64,000 bases of DNA from Armatimonadota bacterium. GTDB taxonomy: Bacteria > Armatimonadota > SYMT01. The notes under the pieces are model-generated. The model did not search any database. It saw nothing but the letters and a program-made list of their open reading frames with translations, and had not been told where the DNA came from. Below are positions 27,923 to 37,583 of the stretch, one piece after another. Position 1 is the stretch's first letter, and every line of letters starts with the position of its first letter. The DNA is taken from positions 128,001 through 192,000 of the forward strand of contig JAWLHY010000008.1 of NCBI GenBank assembly GCA_041690135.1, read 5' to 3'. The translations under genes were made by a program, and so were the position numbers.

Positions 27923-28870
27923 TTGGCCGTGATCCTCGTTACCGGCTCCGCCGGCTTCATTGGTTCGCATGTGGTCGAACGCCTCCTGAGCCGCGGCGAC
28001 ACCGTGGTGGGCCTGGATAATTTCGACGACTTCTATGCGCGTCCGATTAAAGAACGGAATCTGGAAGTCGCTCGTGCCCACCCGGGTTACCAGCACTTCG
28101 AGGCGGACCTGCGTGATGCGGAAGCCATGGAACGGCTTTTTGCGACCCATCGACCGGAGAAGGTCATTCATCTGGCCGCCAAGGCCGGGGTCCGCCCCTC
28201 CATTCAGGATCCGGCGCGCTACGTCGAAACGAACGTCAACGGGACTGTCAACCTCCTCCAGGCGTGCCGGAACTACCCGGTCGCCCACTTCGTCTTTGCC
28301 TCATCCTCGTCCGTGTATGGCGACCGGGCGACCGTGCCTTTCCGCGAATCCGATTGTACCGACGAGCCGGCCTCTCCCTATGCAGCTACCAAGAAAGCAG
28401 GGGAGCTCTTGCTTTATACCTACCACCAATTGCAGTCGCTACCCGTCACCTGTCTGCGTTTCTTTACGGTGTTTGGACCCCGTCAGCGACCGGATCTGGC
28501 CATCAACAAATTCGTTCGCCTGATCGAAAAGGGTGAGCCGATACCCTTTTTCGGCGACGGCTCGACGCGGCGCGATTATACGTACATCGACGATACGGTT
28601 GACGGCATCCTGGCGGCTCTGGAGCGCCCCCGAGGCTACCAGATCTACAACCTGGGCCGCAGCAATCCCGTAACGCTGCGGGAGATGGTGGAAACGTTGG
28701 AGCGGGTATTGGGGAAGCCCGCGCTGATCGACCGGCAGCCAGACCAGCCGGGCGACGTGCGGGCGACCTACGCCGATGTCCGCAGAGCGCAGGAAGAATT
28801 GGGATACGCGCCGCGGATCTCCTTCGAAGAAGGTATCCGTCGTTTCGTGGCGTGGTCCCGTAGCCTCTAG
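27923..28870 (+). CDS. UDP-glucuronate 4-epimerase-like SDR
   Basis: TGSAGFIG, HLAAKAGVRPS, ASSSSVYG, YAATK, FFTVFGPRQRPDLA. Confidence 0.9.
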   Translation: MAVILVTGSAGFIGSHVVERLLSRGDTVVGLDNFDDFYARPIKERNLEVARAHPGYQHFEADLRDAEAMERLFATHRPEKVIHLAAKAGVRPSIQDPARYVETNVNGTVNLLQACRNYPVAHFVFASSSSVYGDRATVPFRESDCTDEPASPYAATKKAGELLLYTYHQLQSLPVTCLRFFTVFGPRQRPDLAINKFVRLIEKGEPIPFFGDGSTRRDYTYIDDTVDGILAALERPRGYQIYNLGRSNPVTLREMVETLERVLGKPALIDRQPDQPGDVRATYADVRRAQEELGYAPRISFEEGIRRFVAWSRSL

Positions 28871-28898
28871 CCATCCGCGACACGATGGATCAAAGAAA

Positions 28899-28934
28899 AA
28901 AGGGGGAGAGTGCCCACCGGCACTCTCCCCCTTT
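28899..28934. terminator. Bidirectional intrinsic terminator
   Basis: AAAGGGGGAGAGTGCC-CACC-GGCACTCTCCCCCTTT between convergent genes. Confidence 0.85.
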
Positions 28935-28954
28935 GTGGTTTTTGTCGTCCGGGC

Positions 28955-31900
28955 CTACCGCCGTCCCTTTCCTGTCAGGATGGCTGTGAGGGATCCCTTC
29001 TTGGCATCCGAACTCGTGATTGCCAGGGAAGCCCGCTGCGCACCCGGAACCGTAGGTTCAAACACCAGGGTGACGGTGTGGGACTCCCCGGCAGCCAACT
29101 GGAAGGCTCCTCCCCCCTCCGTCACGCGGAACACTCCGGTGAGGCTCCCCACCGATACCGCAAGTGGCCCAAATCCCACGTTGGTGATCTTCAGCGTGCG
29201 CGTTCGCTCCGTACCCACTTTGGCGGGGCCGAAATTCACCCGCGCGGGCTGGAGCCGGATCCTACCACCGGAGGGAAGAGCAATCCCGGCCTCGTTCGAG
29301 GGCGCGGAGTCACCGCCGGCGTTTCGAGCTTTAACCCGGTACGTGAAGCTGGTATTGGGGGTCAGGCTGCTGTCGACAAAGGTAGTGACCCCGGATCCCA
29401 ACTCTCGAAGCAGGACGAAGATACCGTCACCCTGCTTGCGTTCGATCTTGAAGTGCGTTTCGTTGAGGCTGTTGTCACTCCAGTTCAACCGGACGCTGGA
29501 CCCGGAGGCAACGGCAACCGTGAGATTCCCCGGAGCCGCGGGGACCGTGGGCGGAGTGGTGGTGCTGGCCAGGTTGCTGTATTCGGAGTTGCCCCCCGCA
29601 TTGAATGCGCGGATCCGGTAGATGTAGGTCTCCAATGGCGAAACGCCACTGTCGTGGTACTCGGTCACGTTCGCGCCGACGGTACCCACCACCGCGAAAG
29701 GCACGGTGGCCGATCGTCGCTCGATCGAGAAGTGGGTCTCATTCGAGCTTTGATCGGTCCAGGTCAGCTTCACGAGTGAACCGGAAGCAAACGCGACCCG
29801 GAGTCCCTGGGGCGTACCGGGCGGCAATGCCGTGGTGGTCACCGTTTGAGTTTCGGTGTAACTGGAGGGGCCCCCCAATCCCACGGCCTTGACGCGGTAC
29901 GAGTAGGTGGTCTCCGCCGAAAGTCCCGTGTCCGTAAAGGTGGTACTGCTGGCGCCCAGGGTTTCGATCTCCAGGAAGCTGCCATCCTCGACGCGCCGTT
30001 CCACCACATAGCCCGTCTCGATATCGCTGTTGTCAGTCCACGCCAGGTTCACCTGGGTACTGGAAAGCACGGTAGCGATGAGATCGGTGGGAGCGAGAGG
30101 GGGATTGGGCGGCGTCGCCACGCTCGCCTCATTGGAGAATGGCGACGTTCCCCCCACGTTGAGGGCCACCACGCGGTACGTGTAGGAGTTATTGGGCTCC
30201 ACCGTTAGGTCCGAATGGCTCGTCTGGTTGGCTCCCACTTCTACCAACAAGGTGAACGGATTGCTGCCGACCCGCCGCTCCACGCGGAAGCCCGTTTCGT
30301 CCTGGCTGACGTCCGTCCAGTTCAGATCGATGCGTCCTTGCGAAACCGCGGTAGCCGTCAGGCTTGCAGGCGCCCCGGGAGGGTTCGGCGGCGTGGTGGC
30401 GCTGGCTTCCTCCGAGTACTCGGAATCCCCGCCGGGATTGAACGCCCGCACCCGGTAAGTCACGGCAGTGTTGGCCGGCGCCAGGTCATCCGTAAAGGTG
30501 AGCTGGTTGGCGGAGAGGGAAGCGATCTGCAGGAACCGACCCAGCCCGAACCGACGTTCCACCTTGAAGCCGGTCTCGTTATTGGCGTTGTCCTTCCAAC
30601 TCAGCGCAACCTGGGTGCTGGAAGTAGCGATGGCCTTCAACTCGCTCGGGGCACTCGGCCGCATCGGCAGCGTGCTCCCAACGGCAGTGACCGGGTCCGA
30701 GGCGCCGTCCGCGTTGACGGCGCGTACCTGGTAAATATACGCCGTAGCGGGGGCCAGGTTGGAGTCGATGAAGGTCGTGCTGTTGGCCGGCGCGGTTCCG
30801 ACCGGCACGTAGTCCGTCAGTTCCGTCCTTCGCACGATCTCGTATTCCGTTTCATTCGTAGCTTGATCCACCCAGAACAAAAGCAGTTCGGACGGGGAGA
30901 GCGTGCTGACGGAGAAATCGGTCGGGCTCTGCGGCGGGTTGGGGAACGTCTTCGCCTCCGCATCGCTGGAGTAAGCTGAAACTCCAAACTGGTTCACCGC
31001 ACGCACCCGGTAAATGTATTTGGTGTTGGAAGCGAGGAGGGTGTCCAAGAAGGTGACGATGTTCGATTCGACCGTGGCGATGAGGCCGAAGGTGGTGCCC
31101 TCGGTGCGCCGCTCGATCTGGAACACGTCCTCGTTGTTCGAACCGTCCCGCCAGTTCAGAGAGATCTGCGAGATACCCACCGCCGTAGCCGTGAGCCCCG
31201 TCGGCGCCCGCGGTGGGCTCGGCGGATCGCTGATCTTACAGACGAATGCATCCTTTGGGCCGCCGCGGTAGAAAGCGCCGAAGTACTCGTTCGGTCCCGT
31301 GACCGGGTTGACCACCGGCCAGTTGGTGGAAACCGTTACCCCAGCCACGTAGGCATCGCCATTCGCATCGACTTCCAACGCGTGCCCCGTCTCCCGGCCG
31401 AGTCCGCCTCCCCCCAGGTAGGTGGAATAGGTGATGGCGGTGCCGGTGGCATTCAGCTTGGTGACGAAGCAGTCGATCCCCCCACCGAAGAGAGCCTGGT
31501 GCGGGTTGCGCGTGTGCATATCGCGGGACCAGGTATCTCCGGAGAGCCAGACATTTCCGTTGCCGTCCACCCCAAGGGAGCGTCCCGTTTCGAAGCTGTT
31601 TCCTCCGAAATACGTTGAGAACGCGAGGGTCAACCCGGAGGGGTTAAACTTGGTCACAAACGCGTCGCTGATTCCGCCTCGAGTGATGTCGTACGCGTTG
31701 GGGCTTATCGGGAAGTTGGCGGAACCCGCTTCTCCCACGACGTAGACATTCCCGGCGGCGTCGACCTCAATGTCGTAACCCATGTCCGACGATTGTCCGC
31801 CGAGATAGGTGGAGAACACAAGGGATTGTCCGGAGGGGTGGACCTTAGTGACGAAGGCGTCCGTCTGACCCGCGTTCCCAGCCTGGTACGCGCTTGCCGT

Positions 31901-33382
31901 AGGGAAATCCTGTGAGTTGGTGGCGCCAATGAGGTAGGCGTTTCCGGCGGCATCCACAGCCAGTCCGTTGTTCACGTCGTTCCCCTGGCCGCCCAGGTAG
32001 GTTACGTAGTTGTAGGCGGAGCCGTCCGGGGCCATCTTGAGCACAAAGGCATCATCTCCGGCGTTGTACCCTTCATCGTAGGCCCCGACCGTAACGGGCA
32101 AGTTGTTGGAGTTGGTGGCTCCGGAAACGTAGATGGAGCCGGTGCCGTCCAGGCCGATGCCTCTCCCTTCTTCGGAGGAAGTGCCGCCGAAGTAGGTGCT
32201 GAAGTCCAGACTGTCGCCGGCAGGGGAAATTCGGGCCACAAAGGCATCGTAGAGGCCCAACCGGCCGACCTGGAGGGCATTGACGTTCGGAAAGTTGTCG
32301 GACGAAGTGGACCCGGTGACATAAGCGCCGCCCGCGGTGTCCACCGCGATCGCTCGGCCGGCATCGAAGCCGCTACCACCGATGAAGGTGGAATAGAGGA
32401 TGGCGGTTCCCGTGGGATTCAGCTTGGTCACGAAAACGTCGCCGAAGGTGGCAAGGGTGGTATCGTGCGCCCCTGGAGTCACCGGATAGTTGGCGCTTGC
32501 CGACGTGCCGATGACGTATGCGTTCCGCGCACCATCCAGGGCGATGCCGAAGGCCTCGTCGCTGTCCCCGCCGCCCAGGTAGCTGGAATACTCCAGGATC
32601 GGATCGATCACCAGGGTATGTTTGGGGTCGTAGGCGGCGACTTCGAAACCGACTTCCGTATCGCTCAGGCAGACGTAGCGACCGTCTACGCTGGCGCGAC
32701 CTGCATCCAGGTCCTGGTAGATCACGGGCTTTTGCTGCCGGATCGATCCGAGAGCGGTATGGAGGATGAGATCACCGCCGGGTTCGACCTCGATCCGTTG
32801 TGTACCTTCGAATTGGAGGCGAATTGGGCTGGGGTCCGCGCCCGGCGCCACGACGAAGTCGTACTCCAACTTCCCCTGGTTGCCGTAATAGGCGACGTCG
32901 ATCCCCGGATAGACGCTGGGGAAGGCAACCCGCGAAAAGAGGGGGACATTCCGCCGCCATTTCGCGGGATCGTCTCCGAGCAAGTAGTTCACGCGCCCGG
33001 GCAGGGGCGTTTCACCTTGAGACGCGGCATCGGCATTCGCGCCGACCAGCTTCATGCGAACCACGGTGGAGGGAGGCGGCGTCTCTTTCGCTTCCGGCGC
33101 CGTACGCTGCACGCGGAGCACCGCTTCAGAAGGGGTGAGAAAGAGGCTGTAGCCCTGGCCCCGAGAAAGATAGCGGACCCGCGGGTCCGTCTGCCCGAGG
33201 TTGGCCTCAAAGGAGAGCGGAAGTTGACCGTAGGCGTTGCGGATGCGCTGCCCGTCGGCCTCCACGGAGGGCGCTTGGGGCGCTACTCGGCCGCTCCAGG
33301 CGGCGCACGCCAGGGTCGCAAGCAAGACCGTGCCGGTCCACTGCGGCCTGTGCTTGACCAATGACGATAAGAATCCGTTCAT
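28955..33382 (-). CDS. Large surface protein: SBBP beta-propeller repeats, seven fibronectin type III domains, C-terminal ASH/choice-of-anchor-D-like Ig domain
   Basis: Signal peptide, LPLSFEANLGQ, LEYDFVVAPGADP, repeated YSTYLGG/DAFVTK, seven P-x-AP-x2-L...W-x-D-x-S-x-NE...Y-x-YRV-x-A units, VNFG...LKITNVG. Confidence 0.92.
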   Translation of the reverse strand: MNGFLSSLVKHRPQWTGTVLLATLACAAWSGRVAPQAPSVEADGQRIRNAYGQLPLSFEANLGQTDPRVRYLSRGQGYSLFLTPSEAVLRVQRTAPEAKETPPPSTVVRMKLVGANADAASQGETPLPGRVNYLLGDDPAKWRRNVPLFSRVAFPSVYPGIDVAYYGNQGKLEYDFVVAPGADPSPIRLQFEGTQRIEVEPGGDLILHTALGSIRQQKPVIYQDLDAGRASVDGRYVCLSDTEVGFEVAAYDPKHTLVIDPILEYSSYLGGGDSDEAFGIALDGARNAYVIGTSASANYPVTPGAHDTTLATFGDVFVTKLNPTGTAILYSTFIGGSGFDAGRAIAVDTAGGAYVTGSTSSDNFPNVNALQVGRLGLYDAFVARISPAGDSLDFSTYFGGTSSEEGRGIGLDGTGSIYVSGATNSNNLPVTVGAYDEGYNAGDDAFVLKMAPDGSAYNYVTYLGGQGNDVNNGLAVDAAGNAYLIGATNSQDFPTASAYQAGNAGQTDAFVTKVHPSGQSLVFSTYLGGQSSDMGYDIEVDAAGNVYVVGEAGSANFPISPNAYDITRGGISDAFVTKFNPSGLTLAFSTYFGGNSFETGRSLGVDGNGNVWLSGDTWSRDMHTRNPHQALFGGGIDCFVTKLNATGTAITYSTYLGGGGLGRETGHALEVDANGDAYVAGVTVSTNWPVVNPVTGPNEYFGAFYRGGPKDAFVCKISDPPSPPRAPTGLTATAVGISQISLNWRDGSNNEDVFQIERRTEGTTFGLIATVESNIVTFLDTLLASNTKYIYRVRAVNQFGVSAYSSDAEAKTFPNPPQSPTDFSVSTLSPSELLLFWVDQATNETEYEIVRRTELTDYVPVGTAPANSTTFIDSNLAPATAYIYQVRAVNADGASDPVTAVGSTLPMRPSAPSELKAIATSSTQVALSWKDNANNETGFKVERRFGLGRFLQIASLSANQLTFTDDLAPANTAVTYRVRAFNPGGDSEYSEEASATTPPNPPGAPASLTATAVSQGRIDLNWTDVSQDETGFRVERRVGSNPFTLLVEVGANQTSHSDLTVEPNNSYTYRVVALNVGGTSPFSNEASVATPPNPPLAPTDLIATVLSSTQVNLAWTDNSDIETGYVVERRVEDGSFLEIETLGASSTTFTDTGLSAETTYSYRVKAVGLGGPSSYTETQTVTTTALPPGTPQGLRVAFASGSLVKLTWTDQSSNETHFSIERRSATVPFAVVGTVGANVTEYHDSGVSPLETYIYRIRAFNAGGNSEYSNLASTTTPPTVPAAPGNLTVAVASGSSVRLNWSDNSLNETHFKIERKQGDGIFVLLRELGSGVTTFVDSSLTPNTSFTYRVKARNAGGDSAPSNEAGIALPSGGRIRLQPARVNFGPAKVGTERTRTLKITNVGFGPLAVSVGSLTGVFRVTEGGGAFQLAAGESHTVTLVFEPTVPGAQRASLAITSSDAKKGSLTAILTGKGRR

Positions 33383-33688
33383 GATGACTCCTGAACCGGA
33401 ACCCGTGCGGCGGCGGCGTCGGCAAGGCGAGGGGGAACGTCCGCATCCGGGAGATAGATAGAAGGCGGGAAAGGCGGCGGAACGCACGCCTGCAGGTGAA
33501 GCGGCTACCTGCCTGTAAGACGTTCGCCATAGGGTCGGCTGCCTCCTACCTTCCGGGGCAGACGGATTGAATCAAATGTTGCCGGGGTATCGCGTTGACG
33601 GGGTGCCGGACCCAACGTATACTGCACGCGTCCGCCGGCTGCCGTAGCGCAGGCACCTGCCGCGGTCGCGCCACGATGTGCCGGGAGC

Positions 33689-34060
33689 ATGGTCGTCATG
33701 TCCGATCCGTTCAATATCCTCGGTCCCGAGTTCGAGATCCCGCCTTCCTTTGATGAGGCCGTCCGGGAACTGGTGAACCGTTTTCAGCAGGCCGCCGATC
33801 GCTTCCAGGAGTTGCTGAACCAATTGCCGCCGGAGAGATTCTCGGAGGAAGAGTGGCGGGTGATCGAGCGCTCCGCGGTAGATCTGGAAGAGAGCGTGGA
33901 GCGCGCGGAAGAAGGCTACGTGGCTGTCCAGTACGACAGCCACGCCTGGTACCGGATCATGGAGTCCCTCGAACGGGCCAGTCTCCGTCTCGAGTCCGCC
34001 ATCAGCCTGATGGAGCAGGTCGAAGCTCGGCCGGCGCCTCAGTCTTCGGAGGCAAAGTAG
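33689..34060 (+). CDS. Hypothetical acidic helical protein
   Basis: GGGAG RBS, gene-like codon usage, amphipathic helices; 22-bp convergent overlap with ribF. Confidence 0.65.
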   Translation: MVVMSDPFNILGPEFEIPPSFDEAVRELVNRFQQAADRFQELLNQLPPERFSEEEWRVIERSAVDLEESVERAEEGYVAVQYDSHAWYRIMESLERASLRLESAISLMEQVEARPAPQSSEAK

Positions 34061-34971
34061 CTGCGGGCGGCTTCCACGTCGCGGGCAATCTGCGCGCGGA
34101 GGGTTTCGAGGTCCGGGAAACGCTCTTCTGGGCGCACTCGGTCGAGGAATTCGATCCGCACCGGCTGGTCGTAGAGGTCGCCGGTCCAGTCCAGCAGGTG
34201 TACTTCGAGGAGCCGGTTCATTCCGTCCCGCGTCGGTCTCACCCCCAGGTTCGCGACCCCGGGTAATAACTCGGCGCACCAACGTAACCGGGTGACGTAA
34301 ACTCCGTCGGCGGGGAGCAGTCGGTCGGGTGGCACCCGGACGTTTGCAGTGGGAAAGCCGAGCTGCCGTCCGACCTGATCGCCCCGATCTACCGTTCCCG
34401 GCAGTGGATACGGCCGGCCGAGCAGGCGCGCAGCGGCGGCCACCGCACCGATACGCACGCATTCCGCCACGCGGCTGCTGCTGATCCGCTCTCCGCCTTC
34501 GAGCACCGGCGTTACCGGTGTGGTGTGGTATCCGAGCTCGGCTCCGAGCCGCCGCAGGAGATCCAGGTCCCCGCGCGCGCCCCTACCGAAGCGGAAGTTT
34601 TCGCTGGCCAGGATCTCCACTACGCCCAACCGGCGCACCAGCACGTCGCGGATGAAGGTCTCCGGCTCTTGTCCCAGGAACTCCGGCGTGAGCCGGGCCA
34701 CCACCGTAACATCGATTCCCTGGGCTTCGATCAGGTCGAGCCGCTCGTCGAGCGAGGCCAACCGGGGGACCTCCGTGCCGGGCCGCAGGATCTCGATGGG
34801 ATGGCGGTCAAAGGTAAAGGCCACCGCCAATGCCTCCGCGCGGCGGGCGGCCGAGACGGTGGCTTGTAGGAGGGCCTGGTGCCCCCGGTGGACCGCAAAG
34901 AACTTCCCTATCGTTAGCGCCGAGCGGGGAAGGGGCTCAGCGAGGTTTTCAAGACCGATGACTCGACGCAT
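34039..34971 (-). CDS. ribF: Bifunctional riboflavin kinase/FAD synthetase
   Basis: TIG-x-F-x2-VHRGH, NFRFG, ISSS, GRQLGFPTAN, GVRPT, LEVHLLD. Confidence 0.95.
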   Translation of the reverse strand: MRRVIGLENLAEPLPRSALTIGKFFAVHRGHQALLQATVSAARRAEALAVAFTFDRHPIEILRPGTEVPRLASLDERLDLIEAQGIDVTVVARLTPEFLGQEPETFIRDVLVRRLGVVEILASENFRFGRGARGDLDLLRRLGAELGYHTTPVTPVLEGGERISSSRVAECVRIGAVAAAARLLGRPYPLPGTVDRGDQVGRQLGFPTANVRVPPDRLLPADGVYVTRLRWCAELLPGVANLGVRPTRDGMNRLLEVHLLDWTGDLYDQPVRIEFLDRVRPEERFPDLETLRAQIARDVEAARSYFASED

Positions 34972-35857
34972 CCGCGGTTACAAAGACCTTTTCCGGGGCC
35001 AGAAGTCGCGCCTCCCGGTGGCTACGCACCGTGGCTATCGCCAGGAGATCTCCCGCCGGATCCAGTACGCGGACGTGCCCGTCCGGAGTCGCCTCGGGAG
35101 CTGGAATGAATTGCCCTTGAGCCAGGCGCACTCCGTCCTCCATCTGCACCTGGAGAGCAGGAAGGTGGGCGAGAGCCTGGGATAGAGCAACGAGCGGAGA
35201 ATCAGCCTGGAGGTCGTCCAGTGGGACTGCGCCCGCGATGACAAAAGGGCCAACGGCCTCTCGGACTAGGGACCCCATGGCGCCGCCGACTTCCAGCCGG
35301 CGGCCGATATCGGAGCAGAGCGTCCGAATATAAGTGCCCGCGGAGCATTCGACCCGGATATCAGCCCTGGCGCGCGGACCGGGAGTGAAGCCGAGGAGTT
35401 CCAGGTGGTAGACGGTGATGGGGCGCGGCTCCCGCTCCACGATCTTCCCCTCCCGCGCCAACTCATAGAGCTTTCGACCCTTGACTTTGAGGGCGGATAC
35501 CATGGGCGGGACCTGCATCTGCGGGCCTCGAAAAGGGCCGAGCGCCTCCACGACCTGCTCCCGGGTGATAGTACCGGCATCCGTTTCGCCCAGCGTTACA
35601 CCGGTGGTATCCTCGGTATCGGTCTCGATACCGAGGACCAGAGTCGCCCGGTACACTTTCGGCAGTCCCTGCAGGTACTCCAGGATCCGGGTGCCGTTCC
35701 CGATGCCGACGACCAGGACGCCCGAGGCCATGGGGTCGAGCGTTCCGGCATGCCCGGCGCGACGGGTGCCCATCACGCGCCGGACGCGAGCGACGCAGTC
35801 ATGTGAGGTGGGTCCGGGGGGCTTGTGAAGGTTGAGGATACCGTGGCGGCCCGTCAT
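34949..35857 (-). CDS. truB: tRNA pseudouridine(55) synthase
   Basis: KPPGPTSHD, GHAGTLDPMASG, PPMVSALK, CSAGTYIRTL. Confidence 0.97.
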   Translation of the reverse strand: MTGRHGILNLHKPPGPTSHDCVARVRRVMGTRRAGHAGTLDPMASGVLVVGIGNGTRILEYLQGLPKVYRATLVLGIETDTEDTTGVTLGETDAGTITREQVVEALGPFRGPQMQVPPMVSALKVKGRKLYELAREGKIVEREPRPITVYHLELLGFTPGPRARADIRVECSAGTYIRTLCSDIGRRLEVGGAMGSLVREAVGPFVIAGAVPLDDLQADSPLVALSQALAHLPALQVQMEDGVRLAQGQFIPAPEATPDGHVRVLDPAGDLLAIATVRSHREARLLAPEKVFVTADASSHRS

Positions 35858-35881
35858 TCCAATAACTCTGCCGTCTCTATT

Positions 35882-36862
35882 TCAGCCCAGTGACGAGAGG
35901 TGGTTTACGACCGAACCGATGACCCTGTCGACCGCGGCGGGCAGGGGGCCGGGCAGGGTACATCCGGCGGCCGGCACGTGCCCGCCGCCGCCGAACTCAT
36001 CCGCAACCTGCGCGACGTTCGCCCGCCCGCGGGATCGCAGGCTCACACGGATATCCCCGTTGGTTTCTTCACGTAAGAAGACCGCGACCTCGCTTCCGGC
36101 GACCATCCGGATCTGGTCGACAAACCCTTCGGTGGCGTCGGAATTCAGCCCAAGATCGGCGAAATCCTGGCGCGACAATGCCGCCCACACCACCCGCCCA
36201 TCTTCCGTGCGTCGCAGATTACCGAGTAACCGGCCGAGAAGTACACTCGCCTCGTAGGGTCGGGAGCCGTACACCGCCTCATAAATGGGGGTGGGGTGGG
36301 CACCCAGGCGCACCAGCGCGGCGGCAATCTCGAAGGATCGCGGAGTTACGTTGGAATACCGAAAGGACCCGGTGTCCGTAACGATCGCCGCCATCAGACA
36401 TTGCGCCATCCCCGCGGTCCAATCTACCCCCAGTTCCTCCAGCAGTTCAAAGACCAGCTCACCCGTGGCGGCGGCGGTGCGGTCCACCAACTGCACGTGC
36501 CCGAAGGGGTCGGGGCCCGTGTGGTGGTCGATGTCGATAACCTCGGGGGCGCTAAGCACGGTGGGCTCCGCCGGTCCCAGCCGATCGGACCCGTCCGCGT
36601 CCAGCCCAATCGCCAGGTCCCAGTTCCCCGCGGCGTGCGTCCTTACGCCCTCCCAACCGGGAAGGAAACGATAGAGCTCGGGCACGCCGTCGGCGCTGAC
36701 GGCCGTAACCGACTTCCCCAGGCTTTCGAGGCCGGCCGCCAGACCAAGGAGCGAGCCGAGAGCATCGGCATCGGGTCGCACGTGGCACGCGAGCAGGATC
36801 TTATTCGCTTTCCGGATCGACTCCGCCGCTGCCCTCACCAGGCTCGACCGCCTGTTCATCAT
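35882..36862 (-). CDS. nrnA: DHH/DHHA1 oligoribonuclease/pAp phosphatase
   Basis: HVRPDADALGS, IDHH, TDTGSF, VSLRS, GGGGH. Confidence 0.9.
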   Translation of the reverse strand: MMNRRSSLVRAAAESIRKANKILLACHVRPDADALGSLLGLAAGLESLGKSVTAVSADGVPELYRFLPGWEGVRTHAAGNWDLAIGLDADGSDRLGPAEPTVLSAPEVIDIDHHTGPDPFGHVQLVDRTAAATGELVFELLEELGVDWTAGMAQCLMAAIVTDTGSFRYSNVTPRSFEIAAALVRLGAHPTPIYEAVYGSRPYEASVLLGRLLGNLRRTEDGRVVWAALSRQDFADLGLNSDATEGFVDQIRMVAGSEVAVFLREETNGDIRVSLRSRGRANVAQVADEFGGGGHVPAAGCTLPGPLPAAVDRVIGSVVNHLSSLG

Positions 36863-37202
36863 CCTTCCGCACCTGTTCCAGTAACTGACTGATCCGCGCG
36901 CCCCGTTCGGCGGAAGGATCGAAAACGAACCGAATCTCCGGCACGTAGCGCATCTGCGCGCGCCGCGCGAACTCGCTGCGGACGAACCCGGCAGCTCGAC
37001 CGAGGGCTTGCGCGGTGTTCTCTCGCTGCTCCGCGTCTCCCAGGACACTGTAGAACACCCGGGCATGACGAAGGTCCGGCGTGACCTCCGCATCCGTGAT
37101 CGTCACAAACCCGATCCGGGGGTCCTTTATCTCGCGGCGGAGGATCTCACTGACCTCATGGACCAGTAGCTCCTGCACCTTTCGCTGTCGTGTAGATGGC
37201 AT
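36801..37202 (-). CDS. rbfA: 30S ribosome-binding factor A
   Basis: IKDPRIGFVTIT-x3-VTPDLRHA, RYVPEIRF-x2-D. Confidence 0.97.
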   Translation of the reverse strand: MPSTRQRKVQELLVHEVSEILRREIKDPRIGFVTITDAEVTPDLRHARVFYSVLGDAEQRENTAQALGRAAGFVRSEFARRAQMRYVPEIRFVFDPSAERGARISQLLEQVRKDDEQAVEPGEGSGGVDPESE

Positions 37203-37490
37203 TTAGACAAACTCGATTTCCACGTTCGTCACTTCGACGCGCGGATTGCTTTCGACCCAGTCGACCGCTTTATTGAGTACCTGGTCAGCGAACTGCTGGC
37301 TACCGCTCACGATGGCGATGGCCACGGTGGCCTTCCGCCAGATATCCTGGTTTTCTACCTCGGAGGCGGAGACGTTGAACTTGTGGCGCATCCCCTCCAG
37401 CATGCTCTTGACCACGGAGCGCTTGTCCTTCAGGGAGTTGGCTTCCGCGATGTACAGGTCAAGGGTACAGAGTCCGACAACGATCGCCAT
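37203..37490 (-). CDS. ylxP: DUF503 (YlxP) protein
   Basis: SLKDKRSVVK, KFNVSASEV-x2-QD-x-W; conserved position between infB and rbfA. Confidence 0.9.
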   Translation of the reverse strand: MAIVVGLCTLDLYIAEANSLKDKRSVVKSMLEGMRHKFNVSASEVENQDIWRKATVAIAIVSGSQQFADQVLNKAVDWVESNPRVEVTNVEIEFV

Positions 37491-37504
37491 AGTAGTATTT
37501 AATT

Positions 37505-37537
37505 ACCCGGTGGGGATACGGTTTATCCCCACCGGGT
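37505..37537. repeat. 14-bp perfect hairpin between infB and ylxP
   Basis: ACCCGGTGGGGATA-CGGTT-TATCCCCACCGGGT with no clear U-tract. Confidence 0.7.
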
Positions 37538-37583
37538 TGGAGGCACCCCCACTCGGGAGCGTGCCACGGGGCGAACCGGGAGC

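Noticed and set aside
29290-31230. Repeated nucleotide similarity in the surface protein as a possible DGR or recombination cassette
   Set aside because: Explained by seven diverged FN3 domains; no reverse transcriptase or near-identical TR/VR pair seen.
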